From contig OY760074.1 in the NCBI GenBank assembly GCA_963663035.1, positions 1,248,001-1,312,000 of the forward strand: a DNA stretch of 64,000 bases, written 5' to 3'. The notes below the pieces were generated by a model that ran no database searches, was not told where the DNA came from, and saw only the letters and a program-made list of their open reading frames with translations. Shown in pieces: positions 1 through 8,862 of the stretch. Every line of letters begins with the position of its first letter. The stretch's first letter is position 1. Source of the stretch: Acidobacteriota bacterium (GTDB lineage: Bacteria > Acidobacteriota > UBA6911 > RPQK01 > JADFOI01). The translations under genes and the position numbers were made by a program.

Positions 1-1
1 C

Positions 2-511
2 GCAAATACTCCGCCGCCCCGGGGGGTGCTTACGGACACCGAGGAGATTACCCAGGGCGTGGTGTACCATCAGCAGGGAGTAAAGGTCACCGCCTTCGAC
101 GTAGATCACGGTCAGATCAAGCCGGCCTTTGGATACCGCATCGACTACGGCGATCGCTCGGTGGTCCTCTCGGGCGACACTCGTTACTCGGAAAACCTAA
201 TCCGGTTCTCGAAAGGCGCTGATCTACTCGTTCACGAGGTGGTGGCAGCGGCGGAGTTCAAGGTGCTTCCTGGTTACCCTCCCGCCAGAATCAGGGAGAT
301 CCAAAGTCACCACACCACTCCGGAGCAGGCCGGGGAGGTGTTCAGTCGGGTCCGGCCGAGACTTGCCGTCTACTCCCACATCGTCCCCACCACGGCTTCC
401 GCTTCCGGCCTGATCGCCTCAACCAGGAAAACCTATGCGGGCCCCTTGGAAGTTGGAGAAGATCTCATGATCATCGAAGTGGGCGAACAGATTCTCGTGA
501 AGCGCCATTGA
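2..511 (+). CDS. MBL-fold metallo-hydrolase (RNase Z/AtsA-like), 5'-truncated by window edge
   Basis: Frame open from position 2; motifs [27 protein letters not shown]; paralog of 31712-32608. Confidence 0.85.
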   Translation, partial: ANTPPPRGVLTDTEEITQGVVYHQQGVKVTAFDVDHGQIKPAFGYRIDYGDRSVVLSGDTRYSENLIRFSKGADLLVHEVVAAAEFKVLPGYPPARIREIQSHHTTPEQAGEVFSRVRPRLAVYSHIVPTTASASGLIASTRKTYAGPLEVGEDLMIIEVGEQILVKRH

Positions 512-701
512 TAGGAGAAAAACTCCTGAGGAATCCCACCCTGGGGGTCATTCATGCACTGGCCAAGGTGTTGAGGGTCACGGCTTCTGATCTGCTGAAG
601 AAGGGCGATTTGTGAACGATTCCCGGCTTTGACCCACCCAAAATGCTCCCTTTTGTGAGATGTAGATAGCCCCCAATGCCAAATCTTGAGGTGTCCTGAA
701 A

Positions 702-907
702 GCAATCAAAAATGGCCTCAAATGGGGTTTGAGTTGGCTGGAGTGAGTTGGAGTGAGTTTGCCGCGGGCACACTTTAGGCACAATTGGGCCATTTTGGGG
801 TTGAGTCGGGGGGACTCAATTTGGCTGAAACCCGCGTCAGGAGCGTGCCCGGGGAGGGACTCGAACCCTCACGAGGGAAACCCTCACAGGATTTTAAGTC
901 CTGTGCG
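702..907. repeat. ~200-bp direct repeat copy 1 (integrative-element end plus tRNA-Leu 3' fragment)
   Basis: Aligns with 12652-12857; contains GGGCACACTTTAGGCACAATT arm-like repeats and the tRNA fragment. Confidence 0.85.
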
Positions 908-913
908 TCTGCC
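846..913 (-). pseudogene. tRNA-Leu(TAA) 3' fragment (att-core-like)
   Basis: Minus strand GGCAGACGCACAGGA-CTTAAAA-TCCTG-TGAGGGTTTCCCTC-GT-GAGGG-TTCGAGT-CCCTC-CCCGGGCA has anticodon arm, long variable arm and T arm; the 5' acceptor strand is missing. Confidence 0.9.
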
Positions 914-929
914 TCGAACCCCAAAGCTC

Positions 930-961
930 ACCTGGCCGTAAAACGCCCAACCCACCCTCTG
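930..961. other. Putative tyrosine-recombinase site S1 (degenerate right arm)
   Basis: ACCTGGCCGTAAA-ACGCCC-AACCCACCCTCTG matches left arm and spacer of sites at 4788, 7126, 13921. Confidence 0.55.
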
Positions 962-1039
962 ACCACCGCAAGGTAAGTCGGCTTAGATTTCCTCAGGCGT
1001 TTCGGGCGTTCGCAGGCCCATGGGCCACATTGTGAACCG

Positions 1040-1194
1040 GTATTATGCGGCTCAGCATAAGCGTTCCGCTTCACGCGGCATGTTCAGCGGAAGTCCTTGC
1101 CTATGAGGTAATTACGGAGGACCTTTCGCCGATTTCTGCTTGCCTCTTATTGGAGCAACTAGGATACTACTGATCAGTATACTCATCGCTACAC
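1040..1194 (+). other. Degenerate attI-platform copy 1
   Basis: Aligns with 3868-4023 and 13260-13416; crossover GTT appears mutated to GCT at 1188. Confidence 0.6.
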
Positions 1195-1221
1195 TGACGG
1201 ACAGGAAGGTGGACAGGCGTC

Positions 1222-1926
1222 TTGGTCATGAATAGTAGTAGTTATAAGTTTGGCGCCGTGAGCGGCGTGCTTGGTGCTGTACTTCTTTTTGCGGGAACCT
1301 CGCTACACCCAATGCAGGCAGATCCGAACGACCCTGTTGCTGCTTTCTCGGAGTACGCGGCCGATCGACATTGGGTTGCCAGTCATCTAACACAGCTCGC
1401 TGGAGTTACTCTCATTGTTGGCGCGCTCTTAGTGCTCGCCCGCGAGTTGGAGTCCGGTGGCCGAGCGGTTCTTCCCCGCATCGCCTCTGGGGGAGCGATC
1501 ACTAGCTTGGCGTTGACAGCTGTTCTTCAGGCAGTGGATGGCATCGCGCTTAAAGTGATAGTTGACGCATGGGCTGGGGTGGAGTCCCCCGAAAAGGCCG
1601 GTTTGTTCCATGCAGCATTCGGAGTCCGTCAGGTCGAAGTCGGGCTCGCCAGTGTCACGAGTATGTTCTTCGGCCTCACAGTTACGGTGTACGGAATTGC
1701 GTTATGGAACAGCAGGCACTATCCCCGATGGGTCGCAGTACTTGCCCTGCTGGGAGGTATCCCCACTTTGGTTGGGGGAGTTCTAATTGCGTACACTGGT
1801 TTTTCAAACTTAGCCATGACGGTCTATATGCCCGCCAGTTTACTTATCCTCGTTTGGGTTATTTTAGTGGGTGCTCTTATGTGGCGCCATGGCACAGCTG
1901 TCGGAGGTGGCCCAGAAACCTCTTGA
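1222..1926 (+). CDS. Multi-pass membrane protein (DUF4386-like), probable former cassette
   Basis: 234-aa ORF with about 6 hydrophobic segments; follows the attI-like platform; GTTAGGC 5 nt after the stop. Confidence 0.7.
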   Translation: MVMNSSSYKFGAVSGVLGAVLLFAGTSLHPMQADPNDPVAAFSEYAADRHWVASHLTQLAGVTLIVGALLVLARELESGGRAVLPRIASGGAITSLALTAVLQAVDGIALKVIVDAWAGVESPEKAGLFHAAFGVRQVEVGLASVTSMFFGLTVTVYGIALWNSRHYPRWVAVLALLGGIPTLVGGVLIAYTGFSNLAMTVYMPASLLILVWVILVGALMWRHGTAVGGGPETS

Positions 1927-2001
1927 GCCAAGTTAGGCGCACAAGACGCAAGGTGGGGTGACAAGATGCCGAGATCCGTAGATACCATCCGCATATATCC
2001 C

Positions 2002-2033
2002 ACTTGGCCGATAAGCCGACTATACGTTCACTG
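2002..2033. other. Putative tyrosine-recombinase site S2
   Basis: ACTTGGCCGATAA-GCCGAC-TATACGTTCACTG, 13-6-13 imperfect inverted repeat. Confidence 0.7.
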
Positions 2034-2127
2034 AAGCGGAAACTTAAGCACTCCGGTGTCTTTGGCGACTGGATTGCTAAGGATCTTTTGGAGGACGGCT
2101 ACAACATTCGCCCAGTGCGGAAGCTAG

Positions 2128-3766
2128 CCGCAATTATTCATAAGTTTGGGGTGAGTGTCGATTTTCTGCGGAAGTTCAGGGCTGAGAGTGTGTTCAGGTG
2201 CGATTACAAGGCGTCCAAGCTTGTTGAGCCGAATAGAGATGAAGCGAGAGCCCCTTCCGGAAACAGCTCGGCCCGCAGGGGGCTGTATATCTGTGTTGGC
2301 GCAGGGAGTCAGGGGACCGTCAGGTGGGACACAGACGGTGCATCAGTAATGCGAAGAGCTTTTGTTCGGGATAAGACGATGCCAGGTGCACCCAGATGCG
2401 ACGAGAAGTTTCCCGAACCCGGGCACCGATTTTGAACAGGCGGCGGCGGAGCGTCTCAATCTCCAGGTTGTGCCAGGGAGTCCCGCACAGGTAATCCCGC
2501 AGGCGCAGGATTAAGACATAGGCCAGGGCGTGGATGAAGAGTCGGAACTGGTTGGCCAGGAAACGGTGGCAGCTCAAGCGATCCATGGCCAGATCTTTTT
2601 TGAAAGCTTTCACGAAGTTCTCGCACTGGCCCCGTCCGATGTAGTGGTCATACAGCTGCCCGGCCGTGAGATCCTGGCGGTTGGTGACCACAAAGCGACG
2701 GTTGAACCCGCGCTCGCTCACTTCCACCTTGGCCACCATGCGCCGCTCCCGGTCCCAACTGTCGGCCTGATAGACGAGCTCGGTGAACTGGCGTTGCTTT
2801 TCTCCTGAGTCGTCATAGTCTGCTTGCACCTGCTCAACCAAGGGCTCGACGGTGGCCGCCAGCCGGGAGTTGCGGGCAAAGCCCACCACATACTGCAGTT
2901 TTTCCTCCTCACAGAACTCGTACAGTGCCGGCGTCGCAAAGCCACTGTCGGCTCGCACTTCGATCGGAACATCGGATCCCAGAACCTGGCGCATCCGGGC
3001 CACCACCCGTTTGAGAACCGCCACCGCGTGGGCGGCCGCCCCCTGGTTGCCGGGCCGCAGTAGCGCACATACCAGATCGCCCGTCTCGCCATCGAATAGC
3101 AGCAGCGGATGATACATGTGCTCGCGATAATAGCCGTGGTAAAAGCTGAACTCCTGCTGCCCATGCGTGACGTCATCCGTGCTGTCGATGTCCAGGATGA
3201 TCTTCTCGGGCCGGCTCTTCTTGCGGTGCTTCAAGTAGGTCTCCAGCAGCCACTGTCCCAGGCGAGTGAGATCCTTCGAGTCCACCGAGTTCTCCAGTCG
3301 CGACAGCGTGGGTTGAGAAGCCAGATCCGGATCGCTTTCCGGCAGCCGATCACACACGGTCTTGAAGATGGGATCCGAGCGCAAGCTGTCGGCATCGTTG
3401 CAGTCCTCATAGCCGGCCACGATCTGAAAGCTGCGCTGGGTGAGCAGTTCGCGAATCTGGTGGCGGACGTAGCGGCTATCTCGAGCGTCCTTCAGGCAGG
3501 AGGCAAAGCCAGCCGTCAGTCCGTGCTGTTGATCCAGGGCGTACAGACACAGCAGCCCGGCATCGGAGGAGAGCCGGCCTCCATCGAATCGAGCCACCAC
3601 TTTTCTGTCAGGGTGAGATGGCAAGTTGATCTGGCAGACTGATGCATCGCTGGGCCGTACCTTTTTGGTTTGGAGTTGTTTCATAACCCCTTTTATATCA
3701 AAGAGGTACGGCATCTTTTTGTGCCCTCGATCAGACCCCTTCTTCAGAATTTATGAATAATCCGGG
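2128..3766 (-). mobile_element. IS1380-family insertion sequence
   Basis: TIRs CCGCAATTATTCATAAGTT / CCCGGATTATTCATAAATT; CTAG on both flanks (2124-2127, 3767-3770). Confidence 0.92.
2320..3684 (-). CDS. IS1380-family DDE transposase
   Basis: FDGGRLSSDAG, LDIDST..HGQQE, RADSGF, RGQCEN..K motifs. Confidence 0.93.
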   Translation of the reverse strand: MKQLQTKKVRPSDASVCQINLPSHPDRKVVARFDGGRLSSDAGLLCLYALDQQHGLTAGFASCLKDARDSRYVRHQIRELLTQRSFQIVAGYEDCNDADSLRSDPIFKTVCDRLPESDPDLASQPTLSRLENSVDSKDLTRLGQWLLETYLKHRKKSRPEKIILDIDSTDDVTHGQQEFSFYHGYYREHMYHPLLLFDGETGDLVCALLRPGNQGAAAHAVAVLKRVVARMRQVLGSDVPIEVRADSGFATPALYEFCEEEKLQYVVGFARNSRLAATVEPLVEQVQADYDDSGEKQRQFTELVYQADSWDRERRMVAKVEVSERGFNRRFVVTNRQDLTAGQLYDHYIGRGQCENFVKAFKKDLAMDRLSCHRFLANQFRLFIHALAYVLILRLRDYLCGTPWHNLEIETLRRRLFKIGARVRETSRRIWVHLASSYPEQKLFALLMHRLCPT

Positions 3767-3867
3767 CTAGTGTTGACGGGGACGTGAAAACAATAATGGT
3801 CTACACCCGCGTCTTGAACCAGGGGCCGAGGGGTGTGCTGAGCCCCATAGACAAAATGCCGGACGGT

Positions 3868-4023
3868 GATATGCGGATCAGTATAAGCCTCTTGCTTCGA
3901 GCGGGATGTTCAGCGGAACTCGTTGCCAGTAAAGCTAATTACGTAGCGTCTTCAACCGACTTCTTTTTGCATCTTATACAGACAACTGGATTAGTATACT
4001 GACCAGCATATTCACTGTTATCC
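3868..4023 (+). other. attI platform copy 2; crossover G^TTATCC at 4017
   Basis: Homology with 13260-13416 holds up to GTTA and then breaks; GTTATCC is the exact reverse complement of the downstream attC R'' GGATAAC. Confidence 0.8.
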
Positions 4024-4039
4024 GCCAAGGATGGTTTAG

Positions 4040-4740
4040 ATGAAGTACTTCACTAAATCAGAATGGATGATTTTAGTCGGGTTGTTTGTGCTCAGTGTTA
4101 TTCCCGTCTCCGCAGGTATATTTCGTCTTGTAGAGCTCGGAGGCGGCGCAGCGATGTTACCTGAAAATCCACGTGTGACCGCGGCACCCATGCCGGTTGT
4201 GTTGCACATTATCAGCGTTGGTCTTTACTGCTACCTCGGGGCCTTTCAATTTCTCCCGAGCATCCGCCGTCACAGCCCCAAGTGATGGCTCATGATTCGG
4301 CGCCTGTGGCATGCAACGGCCGGCTCATGGTTGTTTCAGGCATTTCGGCTCTTTCAGGCCTGTGGATGACGCACTTTTATTCCTTCCCTTATGAGCTTCA
4401 AGGCGATCTTCTTTACTGCGTTCGCATTCTGCTTGGTTCCGCCATGGTCGTATTCATAGTTCTGGGTTTGGCTGCCATTTTAAGACGTGACATTGTTCGG
4501 CATAGTTCATGGATGATTCGCGCCTATGCCATCGGCCAAGGGGCGTCCACCCAGGCGCTATTGCTCATGCCTGGGTCTATGATTGGCGAAGAACCGAGTG
4601 GCCTCGCCAGAGACGTATTGATGACATTCGCCTGGATAATAAATATTGCCGTCGCTGAATGGATCATCCGAAAAGTGTTCAACAAAACGGATAACAAGTC
4701 GCTCAACACGGACGTGGCTACGCCACGCCGGTTAGCTTAG
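4040..4740 (+). pseudogene. DUF2306-like membrane protein cassette gene, interrupted near 4283
   Basis: ORFs 4040-4285 and 4282-4740 together give LHI..GAFQF...GRL...GLWMT...H..WMIRAYAIG.GA.TQ. Confidence 0.75.
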
Positions 4741-4748
4741 CGTTAGCT
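4689..4748 (+). other. Integron attC site
   Basis: GGATAAC-AAGTCGCTCAAC...GTTAGCTTAGC-GTTAGCT, 60 bp, central hairpin CGTGGC-TAC-GCCACG. Confidence 0.88.
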
Positions 4749-4787
4749 CAGCCATGGAGAAGACAATCTTGTCAGCCGCTATCGCCC

Positions 4788-4819
4788 ACTTGGCCGTAAA
4801 ACGCCCTATTCGCCCTTGA
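4788..4819. other. Putative tyrosine-recombinase site S3
   Basis: ACTTGGCCGTAAA-ACGCCC-TATTCGCCCTTGA. Confidence 0.7.
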
Positions 4820-4820
4820 A

Positions 4821-4878
4821 TGATTCCAAGAGGATCTAATCTTCAGGCCAGCCGTAAGGAGGGCGCTGACCATAAAGA
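4821..4878 (+). pseudogene. Orphan copy of the recombinase 5' leader/RBS
   Basis: CAAGAGGATCTAATCTTCAGGCCAGCCGTAAGGAGGGCGCTGACCATAAAGA is near-identical to 7804-7855; start ATG changed to ATA. Confidence 0.75.
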
Positions 4879-5162
4879 GTCCTTAAGGTTGACCAGAGTG
4901 CGGCGAACCGTGTGCTTCCCGCCTTCTATTGCAGAACGCCACCTGGTAGATGCATATCCCAGTCCGGCTTCTGTGAAGGTTGAAAACATCCCCCTCAAAA
5001 TAGATGCACCACTAGTCCGTTTGAGAGCTATTTCAGCAACCAACTCATCAGGGTCGACTAGCACCGGTCTGATTGCCCGACCCCAAACCATGGATCTCTC
5101 GTATGCTGAGATAAACCAAGAGTCCTATTGGCCTGACCTGCCCCCACGAACGAGTCCACCCT

Positions 5163-6060
5163 CTATGCTAGACCCGGGACCATTTGAAGTCCACTCCAAG
5201 GGATTGGATCCAGTGCCTGCGACCTAGGTAGTTTGGCCTCTGGCGCCGGCGGCCGATAGGCCAAGGCGCTGTGAGGCCGGATCTGATTGTAATCCCTCCG
5301 CCAGCGTTCTACCAACACCTTGGCTTCCCCCAGCGTGTCGAAGATCTCCATGTTCAGCAGCTCATCCCGTAGTTTCCCGTTGAAACTCTCAATGTACCCA
5401 TTCTCCCAGGGGCTGCCCGGCTCGATGTACAAGGTCCTTACCCCAACAGCCTGCAGCCAGTCCCGGACCGCCTGTGCCGTAAACTCCGATCCGTTATCGG
5501 ACCGGATAAACTCAGGCACTCCCCGATCAACGAATAACTCCGCCAGCCGGTCCAACACGTCTTGGTGATTCATCTGCCGTTTCACATCAATGGCGAGGCA
5601 CTCTCTGGTGTACTCATCCAGGATCGTCAATAGCCGAAAGGCTCGCCCATCATGGGTCCGTTCATGCACGAAATCATAGCTCCAGACGTGGTTCTTGCGA
5701 GCCGCTCGTAACCGAACACAGGAACCGTCATTAAGCCACAGCCTCCTTCGTTTCGGCTGTCTGGACGGGACTTTCAGCCCTTCTTGTCTCCACAGCCTCT
5801 CCACCCGCTTAGGATTCACCTTCCACCCTTCCCCATGAAGTATCGCCGTGACCCGCCGGTAGCCATAACGCCCGTATTGCTTAGCAACTCCACCATCCGG
5901 GCCACCAATCGGGCCTCATCATCGGGAATTTGCCTTTCCCTTCGCTGGGTCGATCGAACCTGTCCCAGCACTTGGCAGGCCCGACGTTCGGAGACTCGCT
6001 CTGCTCCTAATCGCTCTCGTACCCACATCACCGCTCGTCTCCTGTTCGCCGGGCCTAGAA
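5163..6060 (-). pseudogene. IS3-family transposase OrfB with an extra frameshift near 5884
   Basis: [30 protein letters not shown] core; the YGRYGYRR segment is out of frame by 1 nt. Confidence 0.8.
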
Positions 6061-6333
6061 GTTTCCCGAGGACACTTCCTTCAGGATCTGCTTGTCCAAA
6101 GACAGATCCGCCACCAGCTTCTTCAACCGGGTATTCTCCTTCTCCAACACCTTCAACCTCTTGGCCTGGTCCAACCGGAGCCCTCCGTACTCTTTGCGCC
6201 ACCGGTAGTAGGTCTGCTCGCTCACCCCCATCTGCTTCGACACCTGTCCCACCCTCTGTCCTTGGGCCAGACCCACCTCTGCCTCACGCAGCTTCATGAT
6301 GATCTGTTCTGCCCTAAACCGCTTCCCTGCCAT
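6055..6333 (-). CDS. IS3-family transposase OrfA
   Basis: HTH GVSEQTYYRWRKEYGG and leucine zipper; ends GNF at a likely -1 frameshift site. Confidence 0.9.
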   Translation of the reverse strand: MAGKRFRAEQIIMKLREAEVGLAQGQRVGQVSKQMGVSEQTYYRWRKEYGGLRLDQAKRLKVLEKENTRLKKLVADLSLDKQILKEVSSGNF

Positions 6334-6399
6334 CCTTGCCTCCTTCCTAAACCGGAAATCCTAACATTCAAACTGGACTCGTTTTAGGGGGCAAGGTCA

Positions 6400-6609
6400 A
6401 GTGGCGCATGGACTACAATCAGCAAAGACCTCATAGCTCGCTTAGGGATCAAACGCCGGAGGCTTTTGCCCTCGCTAGCGAGGGCAAAGAAAGGGGAGGC
6501 ACTCACGTGAGTAGGGTGAGTGTTCTAGAGCCCCAAGGGGTGGGTGTTTCACCCATCCCAACCTGAAAATACTAACCCTATGCTTGGTACAGTTTTCCGG
6601 GGCAGGTCA
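6400..6609 (+). mobile_element. 3' remnant of a second IS3-family element
   Basis: Encodes WRMDYNQQRPHSSLRDQTPEAFA and ends ...TTGGTACAGTTTTCCGGGGCAGGTCA. Confidence 0.8.
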
Positions 6610-6659
6610 GTGGTCCCAGGTCTAACTTAGAAGGTGGACTCGTTCGTGGGGGCAGGTCA
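6610..6659 (+). mobile_element. Solo 50-bp IS3 end, inverted copy of 5134-5183
   Basis: Reverse complement TGACCTGCCCCCACGAACGAGTCCACCTTCTAAGTTAGACCTGGGACCAC. Confidence 0.85.
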
Positions 6660-7004
6660 GACTTCGCCGCACTGAGGAATTACTGCCGTCATCTGGAGTT
6701 GAACTTTGCCTCCTTTGCCGTGCTGACTCCTCTGCCGGGGACTGACCTATATCACGAGGTGAGAGATCGGCTCATCACGCGCAACTATGATTGCTTTGAC
6801 TTCATTCACACGCTGCTCCCGACGACACTCCCTCTCAAGGATTTCTATGCGGAGTATCACGATCTTTATAAAAACGGGATCGCCCTGAGCAAGCAGCTCT
6901 CTTTGCTTAAGAAGTATCCATTACGAGAAATCCCAGGCTTACTGGCAAAGGGACGCCGATTCTACAAGAGACTCAAGACGGCCTACCTGGACTATGAGAA
7001 TTGA
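6660..7004 (+). pseudogene. C-terminal fragment of a B12-binding radical SAM-like protein (cassette gene)
   Basis: FAVLTPLPGTDLY...YDCFDFIHTLLPTTLPLKDFY; 5' part removed at the IS end. Confidence 0.65.
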
Positions 7005-7027
7005 ACGTTGTTGGCGTGTCACTAGCC

Positions 7028-7091
7028 GTCTAACCAGTCGCTCCAGCCGCCGCGGGCCCGAGGCCCGCGCGGGCTGAGCTCATCGTTAGCT
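7028..7091 (+). other. Integron attC site
   Basis: GTCTAAC-CAGTCGCTCCAGC...GCTGAGCTCATC-GTTAGCT, 64 bp, GC-rich central hairpin. Confidence 0.9.
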
Positions 7092-7125
7092 CAGCCATAG
7101 AGAAGCCAATCACCACCCTTTCGCC

Positions 7126-7157
7126 ACTTGGATGTATAACGCCCTTACCGGAAACTG
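7126..7157. other. Putative tyrosine-recombinase site S4
   Basis: ACTTGGATGTATA-ACGCCC-TTACCGGAAACTG. Confidence 0.72.
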
Positions 7158-7180
7158 ATCGACAACCGAAGGTTCAGGTT

Positions 7181-7211
7181 TGGTGCAAAGTGGTGCATAT
7201 TGATGTATAAT
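7181..7211 (+). promoter_or_regulatory. Putative sigma70 promoter with TGGTGCA direct-repeat operator
   Basis: GTGCAA-N17-TATAAT; TGGTGCA at 7181 and 7191, directly upstream of the RHH gene. Confidence 0.5.
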
Positions 7212-7219
7212 TGTAGTTT

Positions 7220-7477
7220 ATGGCAACCATGGAAAAACCCATTCGTCAGAGCATCTCGCTGCCCTCTCGTCTGGCCAAGCGGGTCAAGGCTTTGGCCAAG
7301 CACCAGAAGACCAGCGCGAACCGAGTTCTCGTTGAGCTCATCGAGACTGGGCTGGAGTCGAAGGAAGCTGAGAAACACCGGTTCTTTAAACTGGCAGACC
7401 GGTTGAGTACTTCGACCGATAGAGCAGAGCAGCGGCGCATCAAGGAGGAGCTGGCACGCCTGACGTTTGGGGAGTAG
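7220..7477 (+). CDS. Ribbon-helix-helix (CopG-like) protein, putative antitoxin
   Basis: RQSISLPSRLAKRVKALAK...SANRVLVELIETGL. Confidence 0.75.
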   Translation: MATMEKPIRQSISLPSRLAKRVKALAKHQKTSANRVLVELIETGLESKEAEKHRFFKLADRLSTSTDRAEQRRIKEELARLTFGE

Positions 7478-7720
7478 ATGCCGAAAATTCAATGGAAGAA
7501 TCTCCCGCCTGCCCTCCGGGATCATCTCTTCGATCGACTTCGCGAGCGAAAAGTCACAGTCGAGAACCTCTATCAGTTGAAACTTTGGCGCGAAACCGAG
7601 CCCGAGGCTCCAGAAGGACTTTGGTACAAGGACTTTGGATCGTTCAAGATCTGTGGGGAAGGGAGATATCCGAAGACCTTTCTACTGCGCGGTCAGCCCG
7701 CCAAGGGGGTGAAGCTCTGA
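7478..7720 (+). CDS. Small hypothetical protein, putative toxin
   Basis: 80 aa; start abuts the RHH stop (TAGATG); GGGGAG RBS. Confidence 0.6.
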   Translation: MPKIQWKNLPPALRDHLFDRLRERKVTVENLYQLKLWRETEPEAPEGLWYKDFGSFKICGEGRYPKTFLLRGQPAKGVKL

Positions 7721-7848
7721 AGTACTCCCATTAATGCTTGGAAGACCTCCCGCGACCTCACGGCTACCTCTCGGCCCTATGACCCTCTACTCACCTCCGG
7801 ATGCAAGAGGACCTAATCTTCAGGCCAGCGGTAAGGAGGCCGCTGACC

Positions 7849-8799
7849 ATGAAGAGAAAAAGCAAAAGGAGTTCCAAGAAGGTTTCCAAGACCAAAACCA
7901 GGCTTCAGCTTCCCGATCTCGATCAAGCCAAGGCAGCCGTGCTCAACAGTCTAGGATCACCGGAGTCGCAACGCGGGTATCACCATGCCATCGACGAGTT
8001 CATTGGTTGGTATTGCTCTGAACCGCGCCTCTCCTTCAACAAGAGCGTGGTAACCCGCTACCGAATCCACCTCGAGGCTCGCCAACTGGCACCAGGAACC
8101 ATCAACGTCAGACTCGCAGCGGTGCGCCGTCTCGCTTACGAGGCGGCCGACTTTGGGCTGTTGAGCCCGGAACTCGCAGCGGGCATACGCCGGGTCAAGG
8201 GAGCGAAAAAATTGGGCGTTCGCCTTGGCAACTGGCTGACGGCTGAAGAGGCTCGCACCCTGTGGCAACTTCCTAATACCGAGACTCTCAAAGGCAAGCG
8301 TGACCGAGCAATCCTGGCAACCCTCTTAGGTTGTGGACTTCGTCGCCGTGAGCTTGCTGAGTTGACCTTCTATCACCTCCAACGTCGTGAAGATCGCTGG
8401 GTAATCATCGACCTGGTTGGCAAAGGGGGCCATGTTCGGACAGTCCCGGTTCCAGACTGGGTCAAACGAGCCATCGACATCTGGCTCACCGCAGCCGGAA
8501 TTGCGAGCGGTCGACTCTTTCGGTGCGTTTGTAGAGCGGGAACCGCCTGGGGCAACGGCATGACGGAGAAGGTTGTCTGGCATGTCGTCAAAAACTATGC
8601 TGCCAAGCTCGGAGCTCCAAAGCTCGCTCCACATGACCTTCGTCGATCCTGTGCACGCCTCTGTCACGAAGCCGGCGGCGAGTTGGAACAGATCCAATTT
8701 CTGCTCGGCCACGTCTCAGTGCAAACGACAGAAAAGTACCTTGGGTGCAAGCAGCGCCTTCGCGGAGCCGTCAACGATCGAATTGGAATTGAGCTATGA
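7849..8799 (+). CDS. Tyrosine recombinase/integrase (Xer-like, not IntI)
   Basis: AAGGAGG RBS; catalytic set GLRRRE, GKGG, HDLRR, LGH, TTEKY; no IntI-type C-terminal tail. Confidence 0.93.
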   Translation: MKRKSKRSSKKVSKTKTRLQLPDLDQAKAAVLNSLGSPESQRGYHHAIDEFIGWYCSEPRLSFNKSVVTRYRIHLEARQLAPGTINVRLAAVRRLAYEAADFGLLSPELAAGIRRVKGAKKLGVRLGNWLTAEEARTLWQLPNTETLKGKRDRAILATLLGCGLRRRELAELTFYHLQRREDRWVIIDLVGKGGHVRTVPVPDWVKRAIDIWLTAAGIASGRLFRCVCRAGTAWGNGMTEKVVWHVVKNYAAKLGAPKLAPHDLRRSCARLCHEAGGELEQIQFLLGHVSVQTTEKYLGCKQRLRGAVNDRIGIEL

Positions 8800-8830
8800 C
8801 ATAGTCAGGTGCAAGGGTATACGACATCCC

Positions 8831-8862
8831 ACCCGGACGACTTGCCGACTATACGTCCATGT
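8831..8862. other. Putative tyrosine-recombinase site S5
   Basis: ACCCGGACGACTT-GCCGAC-TATACGTCCATGT, 31 nt after the recombinase stop. Confidence 0.65.

Larger units (their letters stand above)
2050..3869 (+). pseudogene. intI: Integron integrase (IntI) C-terminal remnant split by IS1380
   Basis: DLLEDGYNIRPVRKL (ends 2126) and DVKTIMVYTRVLNQGPRGVLSPIDKM (3781-3858) rejoin across the IS, with one frameshift, into the IntI C-terminal pattern HLLExGYDIRTVQELLGHxDVKTTMIYTHVLNRG..GVxSPxD. Confidence 0.8.
5134..6399 (-). mobile_element. IS3-family insertion sequence
   Basis: TG...CA ends with IRs TGACCTGCCCCCACGAACGAGTCCA / TGACCTTGCCCCCTAAAACGAGTCCA; orfA and orfB; no target duplication seen. 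Confidence 0.92.

Noticed and set aside
846-913. Functional tRNA-Leu gene (also 12796-12857)
   Set aside because: The 5' acceptor strand and part of the D arm are missing in both copies.
552-976. Short ORFs over the tRNA-att repeat (also 12619-12918)
   Set aside because: Chance translations of tRNA and repeat DNA.
964-995. Extra recombinase site (GGTAA-GTCGGC-TTAG); similar weak match near 12943-12970
   Set aside because: Arms are too degenerate to count, although the positions are suggestive.
1900-1938. attC for the 1222-1926 gene
   Set aside because: GTTAGGC is present, but no R'' (RYYYAAC) or hairpin is found upstream; at best a remnant.
2004-2435. 143-aa ORF
   Set aside because: Chimera of site S2, the IntI stub and the IS1380 end.
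7849-8799. Calling this recombinase the integron integrase
   Set aside because: It lacks the IntI-type C-terminal signature seen in the stubs and is not adjacent to attI.
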